A stretch of DNA of 58,382 bases, the filler included, from Sandaracinaceae bacterium (GTDB lineage Bacteria > Myxococcota_A > Polyangia > Polyangiales > JADJQN01), in assembly GCA_947483975.1 (NCBI GenBank). It is 4 parts of 4 records of this genome, joined end to end, with 100 filler letters (N's around TTAATTAATTAA, not from the genome) between each part and the next. Parts side by side here need not be neighbours in the genome. Positions count along the whole stretch, not along the records: positions 1 to 14,646 come from CANKOL010000107.1; 3 more parts are not named here. The stretch is one strand, 5' to 3'. Both the position numbers and the translations under genes were made by a program. Of the stretch, positions 1 through 9,312 are shown in pieces. How positions within the stretch are numbered: the first letter of the stretch is position 1; each line of letters starts with the position of its first letter. Under the pieces are notes generated by a model. That model did no database searches, was not told where the DNA came from, and saw only the letters and a program-made list of their open reading frames with translations.

Positions 1-113
1 CCGGATTCCCGGCCACGCGACGGCCGCCAGCGGCGTGCGTCCAACGAATCGCGCGGTCTGCGGGCGACCGCGCGGCGCGGTGACGCGGCACGCGCCTTGC
101 GACACGTCAGCGC

Positions 114-677
114 ATGACGACCCCACGCGCCCTCCGCCGCACGACCTCCTTCGCGGAGGTGAGCGTCGAGCGCGGAGGCAGCGCGGCGTCGGTGCGCTCT
201 CCGTTCGAGGCGCTCGATCTCGAGAACGCGCGCCGGATGCTGCTCGGGCGAGCGCTGCGCTACGTCGAGCGCTCGGTCGCCGAGGACCTCGTGCAGGCGA
301 CGTTCATCGCCGCGCTCGAGAGCGCCGACGCCTTCGAGGGGCGCGCGAAGCCGACGACGTGGCTCGTCGGCATCCTCTCGCGGAAGGTCGCGGATCACTA
401 CCGCGAGGGCGGTCGTCGACGGCGCTTGCTCGACTCCGCCGCGACGCTCGAGCCGAGCCGACCGCTGGAGGTGGGTGACGTCATCGACCTGGAGCGACAC
501 CGCGCGCGCTTGCTGCGCGGGCTCTCGACGCTGACGCCGCGCGAGCGCGACGTCGTGCTCTGCGGCGGCATCGAAGAGGCCGCGCGCGCCGAAGCGTCAG
601 CGCGCCTCGGCGTCAGCCGCAGCCACCTGCGCGTCCTGTGGCACCGCGCGGCGACGAAGCTGCGCGCGGTGCCCTGA
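114..677 (+). CDS. ECF-type RNA polymerase sigma-70 factor
   Basis: Region 2 (AEDLVQATFIAAL...FEGRAKPTTWLVGIL..K..DHYR) and region 4 (L..LTPRERDV...LGVS...LRVLWHRA..KLR); about 187 aa. Confidence 0.85.
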   Translation: MTTPRALRRTTSFAEVSVERGGSAASVRSPFEALDLENARRMLLGRALRYVERSVAEDLVQATFIAALESADAFEGRAKPTTWLVGILSRKVADHYREGGRRRRLLDSAATLEPSRPLEVGDVIDLERHRARLLRGLSTLTPRERDVVLCGGIEEAARAEASARLGVSRSHLRVLWHRAATKLRAVP

Positions 678-686
678 CGCGCCGAC

Positions 687-3386
687 TCAGCTCTTCTTCT
701 GACGCAGCGTCGCCTGCGCCGCCGCGAGGCGGGCGACGGGCACGCGGAAGGGCGAGCAGCTGATGTACGCGAGCCCGACCTCCTCGAAGAACGCGATGGA
801 GTACGGGTCGCCGCCGTGCTCGCCGCAGATGCCGAGCTTGATGTCCGCGCGCGTGCTCCGACCGCGCTCGCACGCCATGCGCACCATGGCGCCGACGCCG
901 TCGCGGTCGATGCTCGCGAACGGATCGCGCTCGAGCACGCGCAGCCCTTCGCCGAGATAATCGGGGAGGAAGTGCCCCGCATCGTCGCGGCTGACGCCGA
1001 GCGTCGTCTGCGTGAGGTCGTTGGTGCCGAACGAGAAGAACTCGGCCGTCTCCGCGATCTCGCCGGCGACGACGCAAGCGCGCGGGAGCTCGATCATCGT
1101 GCCGAAGAGGTACGGCACGCGCAGCTTGCACTCGGCGAAGACCGCCTCGGCGGCGGCGCGCACCGTCGCCTGGATGCGCGTGAGCTCCCCCGCGAGGGCG
1201 ACGACGGGGATCATGATCTCGGGCTGCACGTCGACGCCCTCGGCGGAGACGATGCACGCCGCCTCGAGGATCGCGCGCGCCTGCGTGCCGTAGATGTCCG
1301 GGTGCGTGAGCCCGAGGCGGGCGCCGCGGTGCCCGAGCATCGGGTTGATCTCGTGAAGCTGCTCGGCGCGACGCGTGATGACGTCGACCGACTCCCCGAG
1401 CGCGGCGGCGATCTGCGCCATCTCCGCGGGCTCGCGCGGCATGAACTCGTGCAGCGGCCAGTCGAGCAGGCGGATCGTGACGGGCAGCCCCGCCATCGCG
1501 CGGAAGATCTCGACGAAGTCCTGTCGCTGCATCGGCTCGATCTTCGCGAGCCACTGCTTGCGGACCTCCGGCGTGCCCGCGAGGACGACGCAGCGCACGG
1601 CCGAGAGCCGGTCGGCGGCGAAGAACATGTGCTCGGTGCGACAGAGCCCGATGCCCTCCGCGCCGAACGCGCGCGCATCGCGTGCGCCCTTCGGCGTATC
1701 GGCGTTGGCGCGGACGCGCATCCGTCGCGCGCCGTCGACCCACGACATCAGGCGATCGAAGCCCGGGACGCTGGTCGCCGGCTCGACGGGCACCTCGCCC
1801 GAGTAGATCTTGCCGTGGGTGCCGTCGAGCGTGAGCACATCGCCCCGCACGAACGTGCGCTCTGCGGTGCCCCCGTGCGCGCGGACGACGAGCTTGCCGG
1901 CGCGAACGTCGACGTGCATGTCGCTGACGCCCGCGACGCAGCACTTGCCCATGCCGCGCGCGACGACCGCCGCGTGCGAGGTCATGCCGCCCATCGCGGT
2001 CAGAATCCCCTGCGCAGCCTTCATCCCGTGGATGTCCTCCGGGCTCGTCTCGCCGCGCACGAGGACGACCTTCGTGCCGTCCTTGGCCGTGCGCTCGGCA
2101 TCGTCCGCGTCGAACACGATGATGCCCGTCGCCGCGCCAGGGCTCGCCGGTAGGCCCGACGCCAGCGGGAAGATCCCCTCCTTCGCGAGGCGCTCCGGCT
2201 CCGGCACGCGCGGGTGCAGGAGCTGCTCAGCGAGCGTCGGATCGACGCGCAGCACCGCCTCGTCGGTCGTGATCAGCCCCTCGTCGACCATCTCGACGGC
2301 GATGCGGACGGCGGCGCGCCCGGTGCGCTTGCCGTTGCGCGTCTGCAGCAGCCAGAGCTTGTTGCGCTGGATCGTGAACTCGATGTCCTGCACGTCCCGG
2401 AAGTGCTTCTCGAGGCGCGCCGCGACGGCGACGAACTGCGCGTAGACCTCGGGCAGCGCGCGCTCGAGCGACTCAGCCTCGCGTCCGCGCGGCGAAGACA
2501 CCGCGGCGATCGCCTTCGGCGTGCGAATCCCCGCGACGACGTCCTCGCCCTGCGCGTTGAGCAGGTACTCGCCGTAGAGCATCCGCTCGCCGGTCGACGG
2601 ATTGCGCGTGAACGCGACGCCGGTGCCGCAGTCATCGCCCATGTTTCCGAAGACCATCGACTGCACGCTGACCGCCGTGCCCCAGTCGTCGGAGTAGTTG
2701 TACATGCGGCGATAGGTCAGCGCGCGCTTGCTGTTCCAGCTCTCGAAGACGGCGGCGACGGCGCCCCAGAGCTGGTCGTGCGGGTCCTCGGGGAACGGCT
2801 TGCCCGTCTCCTTCAAGACCAGCGCCTTGAGGCTCTTGACGAGCTGCTCGAGCGCCGCGACGGGCACCTCGTGGTCGTGCATCACCGGGTTGCCGAGCGA
2901 CCGCTTGAGGTCGTTGAGCAGCGCCTCGAAGAGGTGCCGATCGACGTCGAGCACGACGCCGCCATACATCATCACGAAGCGGCGATAGGCGTCGAAGGCG
3001 AAGCGTCGGTCGTTCGTGCGAGCGGCGAGCGCCTCGACCGTCGCGTCGTTGAGCCCGACGTTGAGGATCGTGTCCATCATGCCGGGCATCGAGACCCGCG
3101 CGCCCGAGCGCACCGACACGAGCAGCGGCTGCGTCGTGTCGCCGAACTTCGCGCCGACGCCTTCCTCGACGACGGCGAGCGCCGCGAGGACCTCGGCGCG
3201 CAACGTCTCGGGCCAAGCGCCGCCGTTCGCGTAGACGGCGCGGCAAGCCTCGGTGGTGATGGTCAACCCGGGCGGAACTGGGATGCCGAGCCGCGTCATC
3301 TCCGCGAGCCCGGCGCCCTTGCCGCCGAGGAGTTCTTTGACCTGCGTCGTGGGCGGATCCGAGAAAAGATGGACGTAGCGTGTCAT
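687..3386 (-). CDS. ppdK: Pyruvate, phosphate dikinase
   Basis: LGGKGAGLAEM, PLLVSVRSGARVSMPGMMDT, phospho-His motif GGMTSHAAVVARG, EGIGLCRTEHMF, FSFGTNDLTQ, GICGEHGG. ATG at 3386 chosen as start. Confidence 0.97.
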   Translation of the reverse strand: MTRYVHLFSDPPTTQVKELLGGKGAGLAEMTRLGIPVPPGLTITTEACRAVYANGGAWPETLRAEVLAALAVVEEGVGAKFGDTTQPLLVSVRSGARVSMPGMMDTILNVGLNDATVEALAARTNDRRFAFDAYRRFVMMYGGVVLDVDRHLFEALLNDLKRSLGNPVMHDHEVPVAALEQLVKSLKALVLKETGKPFPEDPHDQLWGAVAAVFESWNSKRALTYRRMYNYSDDWGTAVSVQSMVFGNMGDDCGTGVAFTRNPSTGERMLYGEYLLNAQGEDVVAGIRTPKAIAAVSSPRGREAESLERALPEVYAQFVAVAARLEKHFRDVQDIEFTIQRNKLWLLQTRNGKRTGRAAVRIAVEMVDEGLITTDEAVLRVDPTLAEQLLHPRVPEPERLAKEGIFPLASGLPASPGAATGIIVFDADDAERTAKDGTKVVLVRGETSPEDIHGMKAAQGILTAMGGMTSHAAVVARGMGKCCVAGVSDMHVDVRAGKLVVRAHGGTAERTFVRGDVLTLDGTHGKIYSGEVPVEPATSVPGFDRLMSWVDGARRMRVRANADTPKGARDARAFGAEGIGLCRTEHMFFAADRLSAVRCVVLAGTPEVRKQWLAKIEPMQRQDFVEIFRAMAGLPVTIRLLDWPLHEFMPREPAEMAQIAAALGESVDVITRRAEQLHEINPMLGHRGARLGLTHPDIYGTQARAILEAACIVSAEGVDVQPEIMIPVVALAGELTRIQATVRAAAEAVFAECKLRVPYLFGTMIELPRACVVAGEIAETAEFFSFGTNDLTQTTLGVSRDDAGHFLPDYLGEGLRVLERDPFASIDRDGVGAMVRMACERGRSTRADIKLGICGEHGGDPYSIAFFEEVGLAYISCSPFRVPVARLAAAQATLRQKKS

Positions 3387-3477
3387 GGCAAAGCGCACGC
3401 TAGCAGAGCGTCGGCGCGTCGGGCAACGCGCCGATCAATCGACTCAGCCCGGATACAGAAGGGTCGTCGGCGGGCGC

Positions 3478-5541
3478 TCAGCCCGGGCCGATCGGGACCT
3501 CGATGTGCGGCGGCACGAGGAAGAAGATGTCGCGGGTATCGAGCGGCGTGAAGCCGTCGCCGAGCACCTGGAGGTTCGCGCGGAAGACCTGGGGAGAGGT
3601 CGTCGGCATCACCGTGTCGTTCTGCTTCACGATGATGTCGAAGCAGACGGGAGTGCCCGGGCGGACGCCCTGGAAGGTGTCCGCGTAGCCGTCGCCGTTC
3701 GTATCGACGGCGGGCACCGCGTCGCAGCGCCCGGGGACGCCGACGGTGTTCGCCTCGATGTGATCGACGAAGGAAGCGTACGTGTCGACGCTGTCGCTCG
3801 CGTCGTCCTGGAAGACGACGGAGATGTCGATCGGCGTCTGGTTCGCGAGCGTCTGGATCATCGTGACGACGTCGTCACCGATCGGCGAGCCGACCGACCA
3901 GTCGCTGACGAGCGCGGTGCCTGCCGCGTCGACCGCGCCGGTCGCCCGCGCCATCGACTCGAGGTGCGGACGTCCGCCGCCGTTGACTGCGATGCCGATC
4001 GCGCGGATGCGCGAGGCCGTGGCTGCACCGACGACCTCGGCGTACGTCGGACCGCTGCCGCCACCCGTGAAGGAGTAGGTGTCCTCGCCGACAGGACCGT
4101 TGTGCGAGCTGATGTCCGTGATCGTGACGACGATCGGCACGGCGGAGTTGCGGAAGCAGGGCCAGCCGATCGACGCCGAGGCCGGACACGCCGCGAAGGG
4201 CGCCGGAGCCGACGCGCGCGAGCTCGGCCAGCCGCTCGGGCCGGCGAGGCCGAGGCCCGAAGAGACCGCGTACAGCGCGGGATAGCTCGCCTCGGGGCCG
4301 TCTCCGCCGTAGTGCGTCGTGAGGCGATTGACCGAGGCCTGCGCCGTCGGGATGTCGCTCGTCAGGTCTTGCAGGTGGTAGTAGGCCATGTCGCCCGAGG
4401 TCGCGTAGCCGTACGGCGACTGCTGATAGTCGTCGAAGCCGCCGACGCCGAACCACACGTCTGGGATGACCGCGCGCACGCGGTCGATGAGGCCCGTCAC
4501 CGGCGTCGAGAGACCGGACTTGAGCGACGCGATCGCGCCGCCCATCGAGCCGGTCGTGTCCATCAAGACGTAGACGTCGGCGATGCGCAGATCCGTCGCG
4601 AAGGAGAGCGTGTCGCGGAGCGGGTCCGGCGCTGCCATGTAGGGCTCGAAGAAGACGAAGTCACCGCGCGTGCGCGGGCTCGAGGCCGGGTCCGTCGCGT
4701 CAGTCGCGCAGCTCGGATCGCCGACGGGGCAGGCGCCGACCTCGACCAGGTCGGTGACGCCGTCGCCATCGGTGTCGGCGAGCAGCGGGTCGGTGCCGCG
4801 CGCGAGTTCGTCGGCGTCCGAGAGGCCGTCGTTGTCGGAGTCCGGATCGCGGTAATTCGGGACGCTGTCCAGGTCGGTGTCGATCGCGGGCGTGAGCACG
4901 TCGGCGTCGCCAGCCTCGACGCTGTCCGGGATGCCGTCGTTGTCGGAGTCGAGGTCGAGGCGGTCCGGGATGCCATCGCTGTCGGTGTCGTCGGGGACGA
5001 AGGCCTCTTCGAGGTCGCGGATCGTGTCGCCGTCGCTGTCGATGTCGAGGTAGTCCGGCGTGCCGTCGCCATCGCTGTCGGCGGGCACGTCCGGGTTCGC
5101 GCCGATCTCGACGACGTCGCTGACGTTGTCGCCGTCGTTGTCGAGGTCGCGCGAGTTGGGCTGACGGTCGCCGTCGAGATCGTCGCCGCCCTCGAGGGAG
5201 TCGGGCACGCCGTTGGCATCGCTGTCGGTGTCGCGGAAGTCGTAGACGCCGTCGGCATCGGAGTCGAGCGGCTCACCGCCGTCGGCCACGCCGCCTTCGA
5301 CGGAGTCCGGCACGCCGTCGTTGTCGCTGTCCGAGTCGAGGTAGTCGGGCGTCCCATCGGCGTCGGTGTCGATGCTGTCGGCGCTGCCCTCGAAGGAGTC
5401 GGGGATACCGTCGCCGTCAGCGTCAGGGACGCCGATGGGCCCGCCATCGCGGGGAGTCGGGCGAGACGGTCGGGCCGAGTCGGAACACGCCGACGCTGAC
5501 GCGAGGAGCAGAATGCACAGAACGAGACCACTGAAACGCAT
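3478..5541 (-). CDS. Lipoprotein with thrombospondin type-3-like Ca-binding repeats and a beta-integrin-like VWA domain (CglD-like)
   Basis: Signal peptide with ASAC lipobox; about 14 DxDxDG-type repeats; VWA MIDAS-like DVYVLMDTTGSM, FGVGGFDDY, GGDGPEA, PIVVTITD; GGAGG SD upstream. Confidence 0.8.
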   Translation of the reverse strand: MRFSGLVLCILLLASASACSDSARPSRPTPRDGGPIGVPDADGDGIPDSFEGSADSIDTDADGTPDYLDSDSDNDGVPDSVEGGVADGGEPLDSDADGVYDFRDTDSDANGVPDSLEGGDDLDGDRQPNSRDLDNDGDNVSDVVEIGANPDVPADSDGDGTPDYLDIDSDGDTIRDLEEAFVPDDTDSDGIPDRLDLDSDNDGIPDSVEAGDADVLTPAIDTDLDSVPNYRDPDSDNDGLSDADELARGTDPLLADTDGDGVTDLVEVGACPVGDPSCATDATDPASSPRTRGDFVFFEPYMAAPDPLRDTLSFATDLRIADVYVLMDTTGSMGGAIASLKSGLSTPVTGLIDRVRAVIPDVWFGVGGFDDYQQSPYGYATSGDMAYYHLQDLTSDIPTAQASVNRLTTHYGGDGPEASYPALYAVSSGLGLAGPSGWPSSRASAPAPFAACPASASIGWPCFRNSAVPIVVTITDISSHNGPVGEDTYSFTGGGSGPTYAEVVGAATASRIRAIGIAVNGGGRPHLESMARATGAVDAAGTALVSDWSVGSPIGDDVVTMIQTLANQTPIDISVVFQDDASDSVDTYASFVDHIEANTVGVPGRCDAVPAVDTNGDGYADTFQGVRPGTPVCFDIIVKQNDTVMPTTSPQVFRANLQVLGDGFTPLDTRDIFFLVPPHIEVPIGPG

Positions 5542-5631
5542 GCGAAGCCTCCATCGAGTGATGCCCGAATCGATGAGCTTAGCGGTTACGCCCCGTGGAC
5601 GGAAGCCCTGATGCGTGGGTCGCGCCAGACG

Positions 5632-6723
5632 TCAGCGCTCGCGCACGTCGAGGATGCGGCCGCGGCGCACGCTCGGACTGCGCGGATAGACCGTCAAAGT
5701 GAGGTCATCACGCGCACCCGAGGCGAGGCGCTGCGCACCCGCGTAGGCGATCATCGCGGCGTTGTCGGTGCACGACGCGAGAGACGGAACGAACAGCCCT
5801 ATTCGTTCGCGTGCGCACACTTCGGCGGCGCGCGCGCGCAGGCCGCGGTTGGCGGCGACTCCGCCCGAGAGCACGAGGCGCGGGAGGTCGAGCGCGCGAC
5901 AGGCGAGCACGCTCTTGCGCACGAGGGTCTCGACGATCACGCCTTGAAACGAAGCGCAGAGGTCCGCGAGCGCGCGCTCATCCCGCGGTGCGCCCTGCTT
6001 GGCGACGTGCTGCGCGACGGCGGTCTTGAGGCCGCTGAAGCTGAACTCGAGGGAGTCCCGCCCGCCGACGTTGGGACGCGGGAGCACGACCGCGCGCGCA
6101 TCGCCCTGCGCCGCGAGTTGGTCGACGCGCGGACCGCCCGGATAGCCGAGCCCGAGCAGCTTCGCGACCTTGTCGAAGGCCTCGCCCGCCGCGTCGTCGC
6201 GCGTCTGCCCGAGCAGCACCTGCTCCGTTCCCGAGCGCACCTCGTAGAGCGCGGTGTGTCCGCCGCTCGCGAGCAGCGCGATGTAGGGATACGCGGGCTC
6301 GCGCGCGCGCTCCTCGAGCGCTCCGGCATCACGCCGCAGGTGCACGGCGAGGAGGTGCGCGACGAGGTGATCGACGCCGACGATCGGCAGCCCGCGCGAG
6401 AACGCCAGGGCCTTCGCGAACTGCACGCCGACGAGCAGCGCGCCGACGAGCCCGGGCCCGTTCGTCACGGCGATCGCGTCGACGTCCGCGAGCCCATCGG
6501 GCAAAGCCCCTAGCGCAGCCTCGACGACCGCGGTGATGCTGCCGAGGTGCGCGCGCGACGCGACCTCCGGGACGATGCCGCCATACGGCGCGTGAATGGC
6601 GATCTGACTCGCGATGATGTCGGAGTGCACGACGCCGTCCGCGCTGACGACCGCCGCGGCCGTCTCGTCGCACGAGCTCTCGATCCCGAGCACCCGGAGC
6701 GGCCCGGGCCTCCTCGCGCTCAC
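5632..6723 (-). CDS. tsaD: tRNA N6-adenosine threonylcarbamoyltransferase TsaD
   Basis: VLGIESSCDETAAA, GGIVPEVASRAH, GPGLVGAL, DHLVAH, SGGHT, TRDDAAGEAFDKVAK, FSFSGLKTA, CTDNAAMIA. The GTG start overlaps the upstream stop (GTGA). Confidence 0.96.
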   Translation of the reverse strand: MSARRPGPLRVLGIESSCDETAAAVVSADGVVHSDIIASQIAIHAPYGGIVPEVASRAHLGSITAVVEAALGALPDGLADVDAIAVTNGPGLVGALLVGVQFAKALAFSRGLPIVGVDHLVAHLLAVHLRRDAGALEERAREPAYPYIALLASGGHTALYEVRSGTEQVLLGQTRDDAAGEAFDKVAKLLGLGYPGGPRVDQLAAQGDARAVVLPRPNVGGRDSLEFSFSGLKTAVAQHVAKQGAPRDERALADLCASFQGVIVETLVRKSVLACRALDLPRLVLSGGVAANRGLRARAAEVCARERIGLFVPSLASCTDNAAMIAYAGAQRLASGARDDLTLTVYPRSPSVRRGRILDVRER

Positions 6724-7358
6724 TGCGTGCATGCGAGCCGGAAGAGGCCGAAGAGGTCGCGCCCCGTGCTGTGGTCCGCCGTCGCTGCGCCGCAGCGCTC
6801 GCCCGTGCTCGAGCTGCCTGCGCCCCCGAGGAGGCGGGCCTCGACGCCCCCGCCATCGAGGAAGGAGACGAAGAGCGTGGCGTCCTGCCCGCACGCGGCC
6901 TCGGCGTCGAACTGCTCGGGCGCGAGCTCGCTGCACAAGCGCACGGAGCCATCGTCGGGGCCGCGAGTGCGGCGCACCGTATAGATCTTGTTCTCGAGCC
7001 GCGTCTCACCGGGGAAATCGTAGCGACCGAGCAGGTCTTGCTCGACCGGCCCGACGATGCGCACGGGCGCGCACTCGAAGGCGCCATCGCTCGTCGTCAG
7101 CAGCGCCTCGAAGGTCGTGTCGCCGAGGGGCAAGCCGCGGCAGTGCTCCGGCACGAGCGGTCGAAACGCCAGCTCGAGGGTGACGCTCTCGCAGAAGCCA
7201 CGCCGTATGAAGGCGGCGTCGCTCGTGCCGACGACGGGCCCGCCGCAGAGCCGCCCAGAGCCCGCGCCGATGGAGCCGATGTCCGTGCAGCCGCTCACGA
7301 CGCCGAGGAGCGCCGCGAGCAGCGCGAGACCGGCGGAAGGAGCGACAGGCCGCGACAC
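6720..7358 (-). CDS. Hypothetical Cys-containing lipoprotein
   Basis: Hydrophobic leader with VSGC lipobox; host-like codon use; stop is coupled to the tsaD start; TATGCT lies 6 nt upstream of the GTG. Confidence 0.65.
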   Translation of the reverse strand: MSRPVAPSAGLALLAALLGVVSGCTDIGSIGAGSGRLCGGPVVGTSDAAFIRRGFCESVTLELAFRPLVPEHCRGLPLGDTTFEALLTTSDGAFECAPVRIVGPVEQDLLGRYDFPGETRLENKIYTVRRTRGPDDGSVRLCSELAPEQFDAEAACGQDATLFVSFLDGGGVEARLLGGAGSSSTGERCGAATADHSTGRDLFGLFRLACTQ

Positions 7359-7443
7359 CGGGCGAGCATAGCGGCGCGTCTCGCCCGCGGCCACAGCAGC
7401 CGGGTCCTTCGTCGGCGAGCGTTTGCTCGAGTGCGCGCGGCGC

Positions 7444-9312
7444 TCAGCGGCGCCGAGCACGCCGCCGACCCAGCGCGAACAACACGAGCGTCAGCGACGC
7501 TGCGAGCACGCCGTTCGCGCCTCGCGAGCCCGACGCGACGCGACAGCCGCAGCCGCTCGCGCGCGGAGTGACCGCCGCAGTCGGCGCGAGACAGATCCCC
7601 GCCGTGCCGTCCCCGATGCGCACGCAGGCGTTGCCTGGCCCGCACGGGCTGTCGAAGTCGCAGAAGCGCGTGCACACATGGCTGCCGAATTCGCAGAGCC
7701 CCGTGGCGCAGTCTTCGTTCGCAGCGCAGTGGTCGCCGATCAGGCCGAGCACGGGCGCGCAGACGTTCGCGCCGCCCGCCGCCTCACAGTGGAAGCCCGT
7801 CGGGCACTCGGTATCCGTCGCGCAGGTCACCGTGCACCAGCGCTCGCTGCCGCGCACCGCACACGCGCCAGGCGCGATGCAGTTCTCGTCGGTGCGGCAG
7901 GGCCCGCCCGTCGCCTCCGCGGCGCCCCGATGGCAGAGGCCATCGGCGAGGCAGCGATATCCCGCGCCGCACGCGGCGTCGTCGGCGCAGGTGCGTGAGC
8001 AGTACGAGAGGCCCGCGTCGGTGAGACAGCGCGCCGAGAGGCACTCCGGATCCGTCGTGCAGGGCTCCCCGAGGCCGCGCGTGCTCGCGACGATCTCGGC
8101 CGGGACGCAGGCTCCGCAGGCCCCCGCGCCAGCGGCGCACGCCTCGCCCGTCACACACTCACCCGCATCACCGCGGCAGGGCGCGAGACAGCGACGATTG
8201 CCGTCGCCTGGATCGACGCAGAGCAGAGTGCCGCAGTCGGTGTCGGTCGTGCAGGGCGCGTCGTAGGCCGTCGTCCCAGCCGTGCCGGGCACACAGCGCC
8301 CCTCGCAGCCGGTCGCACCCGAGCAATAGAGCCCGGGAGGACAGCCGAGATAGGGAGTCACGGAATCACACGCTTGCGTGCAGATCTGCCCTGCGACGGT
8401 CGTCTCGCAGCGCCCGCCGACGCAAGTGTCGCTCGTCGTGCAGGCCCCGCCGAGCGCGGTGCAACCCTCGTCGACGCTGCCATTGCAGTCGTTGTCTCGC
8501 CCGTCGCAGACCTCTGCGCCCGAGGGCACGCAAGTGCCACTGTCCATGATCGCTTGATCGATGAGATCGAGATAAGGATAGATGGCCGAATACGCACCAG
8601 GGGCGGTCCCGCAGCGCGGCGACGACGTCCCATCGGGGCTGTAGATGAACGACGCGACACCGTGGATCGCGCCCGTCGAGTCGAGCAGCGGTCCGCCCGA
8701 GTCGCCCGAGCACACCGAGGGATCGACGAACACGAAGTTGTTCATCGTGTACTCGACGACGGTGTTCACGCGGTACTTCGTGCCGCTCGAACCGTCCGGC
8801 AATTCACCATAGCCGATCGCGGTGATCGTCGCGCCCGTGAGGCGATTCGGTCGCTCGCGCGAGTACGGCATCGACGCTTCCGCGGCGGGCGACGAGAGGA
8901 TCAGGAGCGCGATGTCCGAGCCGTCCTCGATGTTCCACGAGCCTGGCGCGGTGATCACCTCGCTCACGGTGTACATCTGCGAGAGCGAGCGAACCGAACT
9001 GCCTACGTAGACCTGGAAGTCGCGCGCGGGCGACGCCGCGTCCGTCGAGCCTGCGCGCACGCAGTGCTTCGCGGTGAGCACGACGCGCGGCGCGATGATC
9101 GACGCGGTGCAGGCAGCGCCCGTCGTGATGTAGAGGAAGACGACGCTCGGATAGCCCGTCTCGACCACCCCGCCCGCGATGGGCGCGCGCGACTCGCCGA
9201 ACGACTCCGGTCCGACGTCGACGGCGCAGCCCGAGAGCAGCAAGGCAGCGATGCACGCGGAGGCGACGAGCGAGGACGCGAGGCGACTCCCGCGTGAAGA
9301 ACAGCGGCTCAT
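7444..9312 (-). CDS. S1 (trypsin-fold) serine protease lipoprotein with Cys-rich repeats and MYXO-CTERM tail (paralog 1)
   Basis: LSGC lipobox; IAGG; catalytic TAKHC / DIALL / GDSGGP; EVCDGRDNDCNGSVDE motif; C-terminal GCGCRV + hydrophobic helix + RRRARRR. Confidence 0.9.
   Translation of the reverse strand: MSRCSSRGSRLASSLVASACIAALLLSGCAVDVGPESFGESRAPIAGGVVETGYPSVVFLYITTGAACTASIIAPRVVLTAKHCVRAGSTDAASPARDFQVYVGSSVRSLSQMYTVSEVITAPGSWNIEDGSDIALLILSSPAAEASMPYSRERPNRLTGATITAIGYGELPDGSSGTKYRVNTVVEYTMNNFVFVDPSVCSGDSGGPLLDSTGAIHGVASFIYSPDGTSSPRCGTAPGAYSAIYPYLDLIDQAIMDSGTCVPSGAEVCDGRDNDCNGSVDEGCTALGGACTTSDTCVGGRCETTVAGQICTQACDSVTPYLGCPPGLYCSGATGCEGRCVPGTAGTTAYDAPCTTDTDCGTLLCVDPGDGNRRCLAPCRGDAGECVTGEACAAGAGACGACVPAEIVASTRGLGEPCTTDPECLSARCLTDAGLSYCSRTCADDAACGAGYRCLADGLCHRGAAEATGGPCRTDENCIAPGACAVRGSERWCTVTCATDTECPTGFHCEAAGGANVCAPVLGLIGDHCAANEDCATGLCEFGSHVCTRFCDFDSPCGPGNACVRIGDGTAGICLAPTAAVTPRASGCGCRVASGSRGANGVLAASLTLVLFALGRRRARRR

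Noticed and set aside
4750..5430. Repetitive GTCG/GCCGTC-rich DNA
   Set aside because: Explained by the DxDxDG coding repeats of the VWA lipoprotein.
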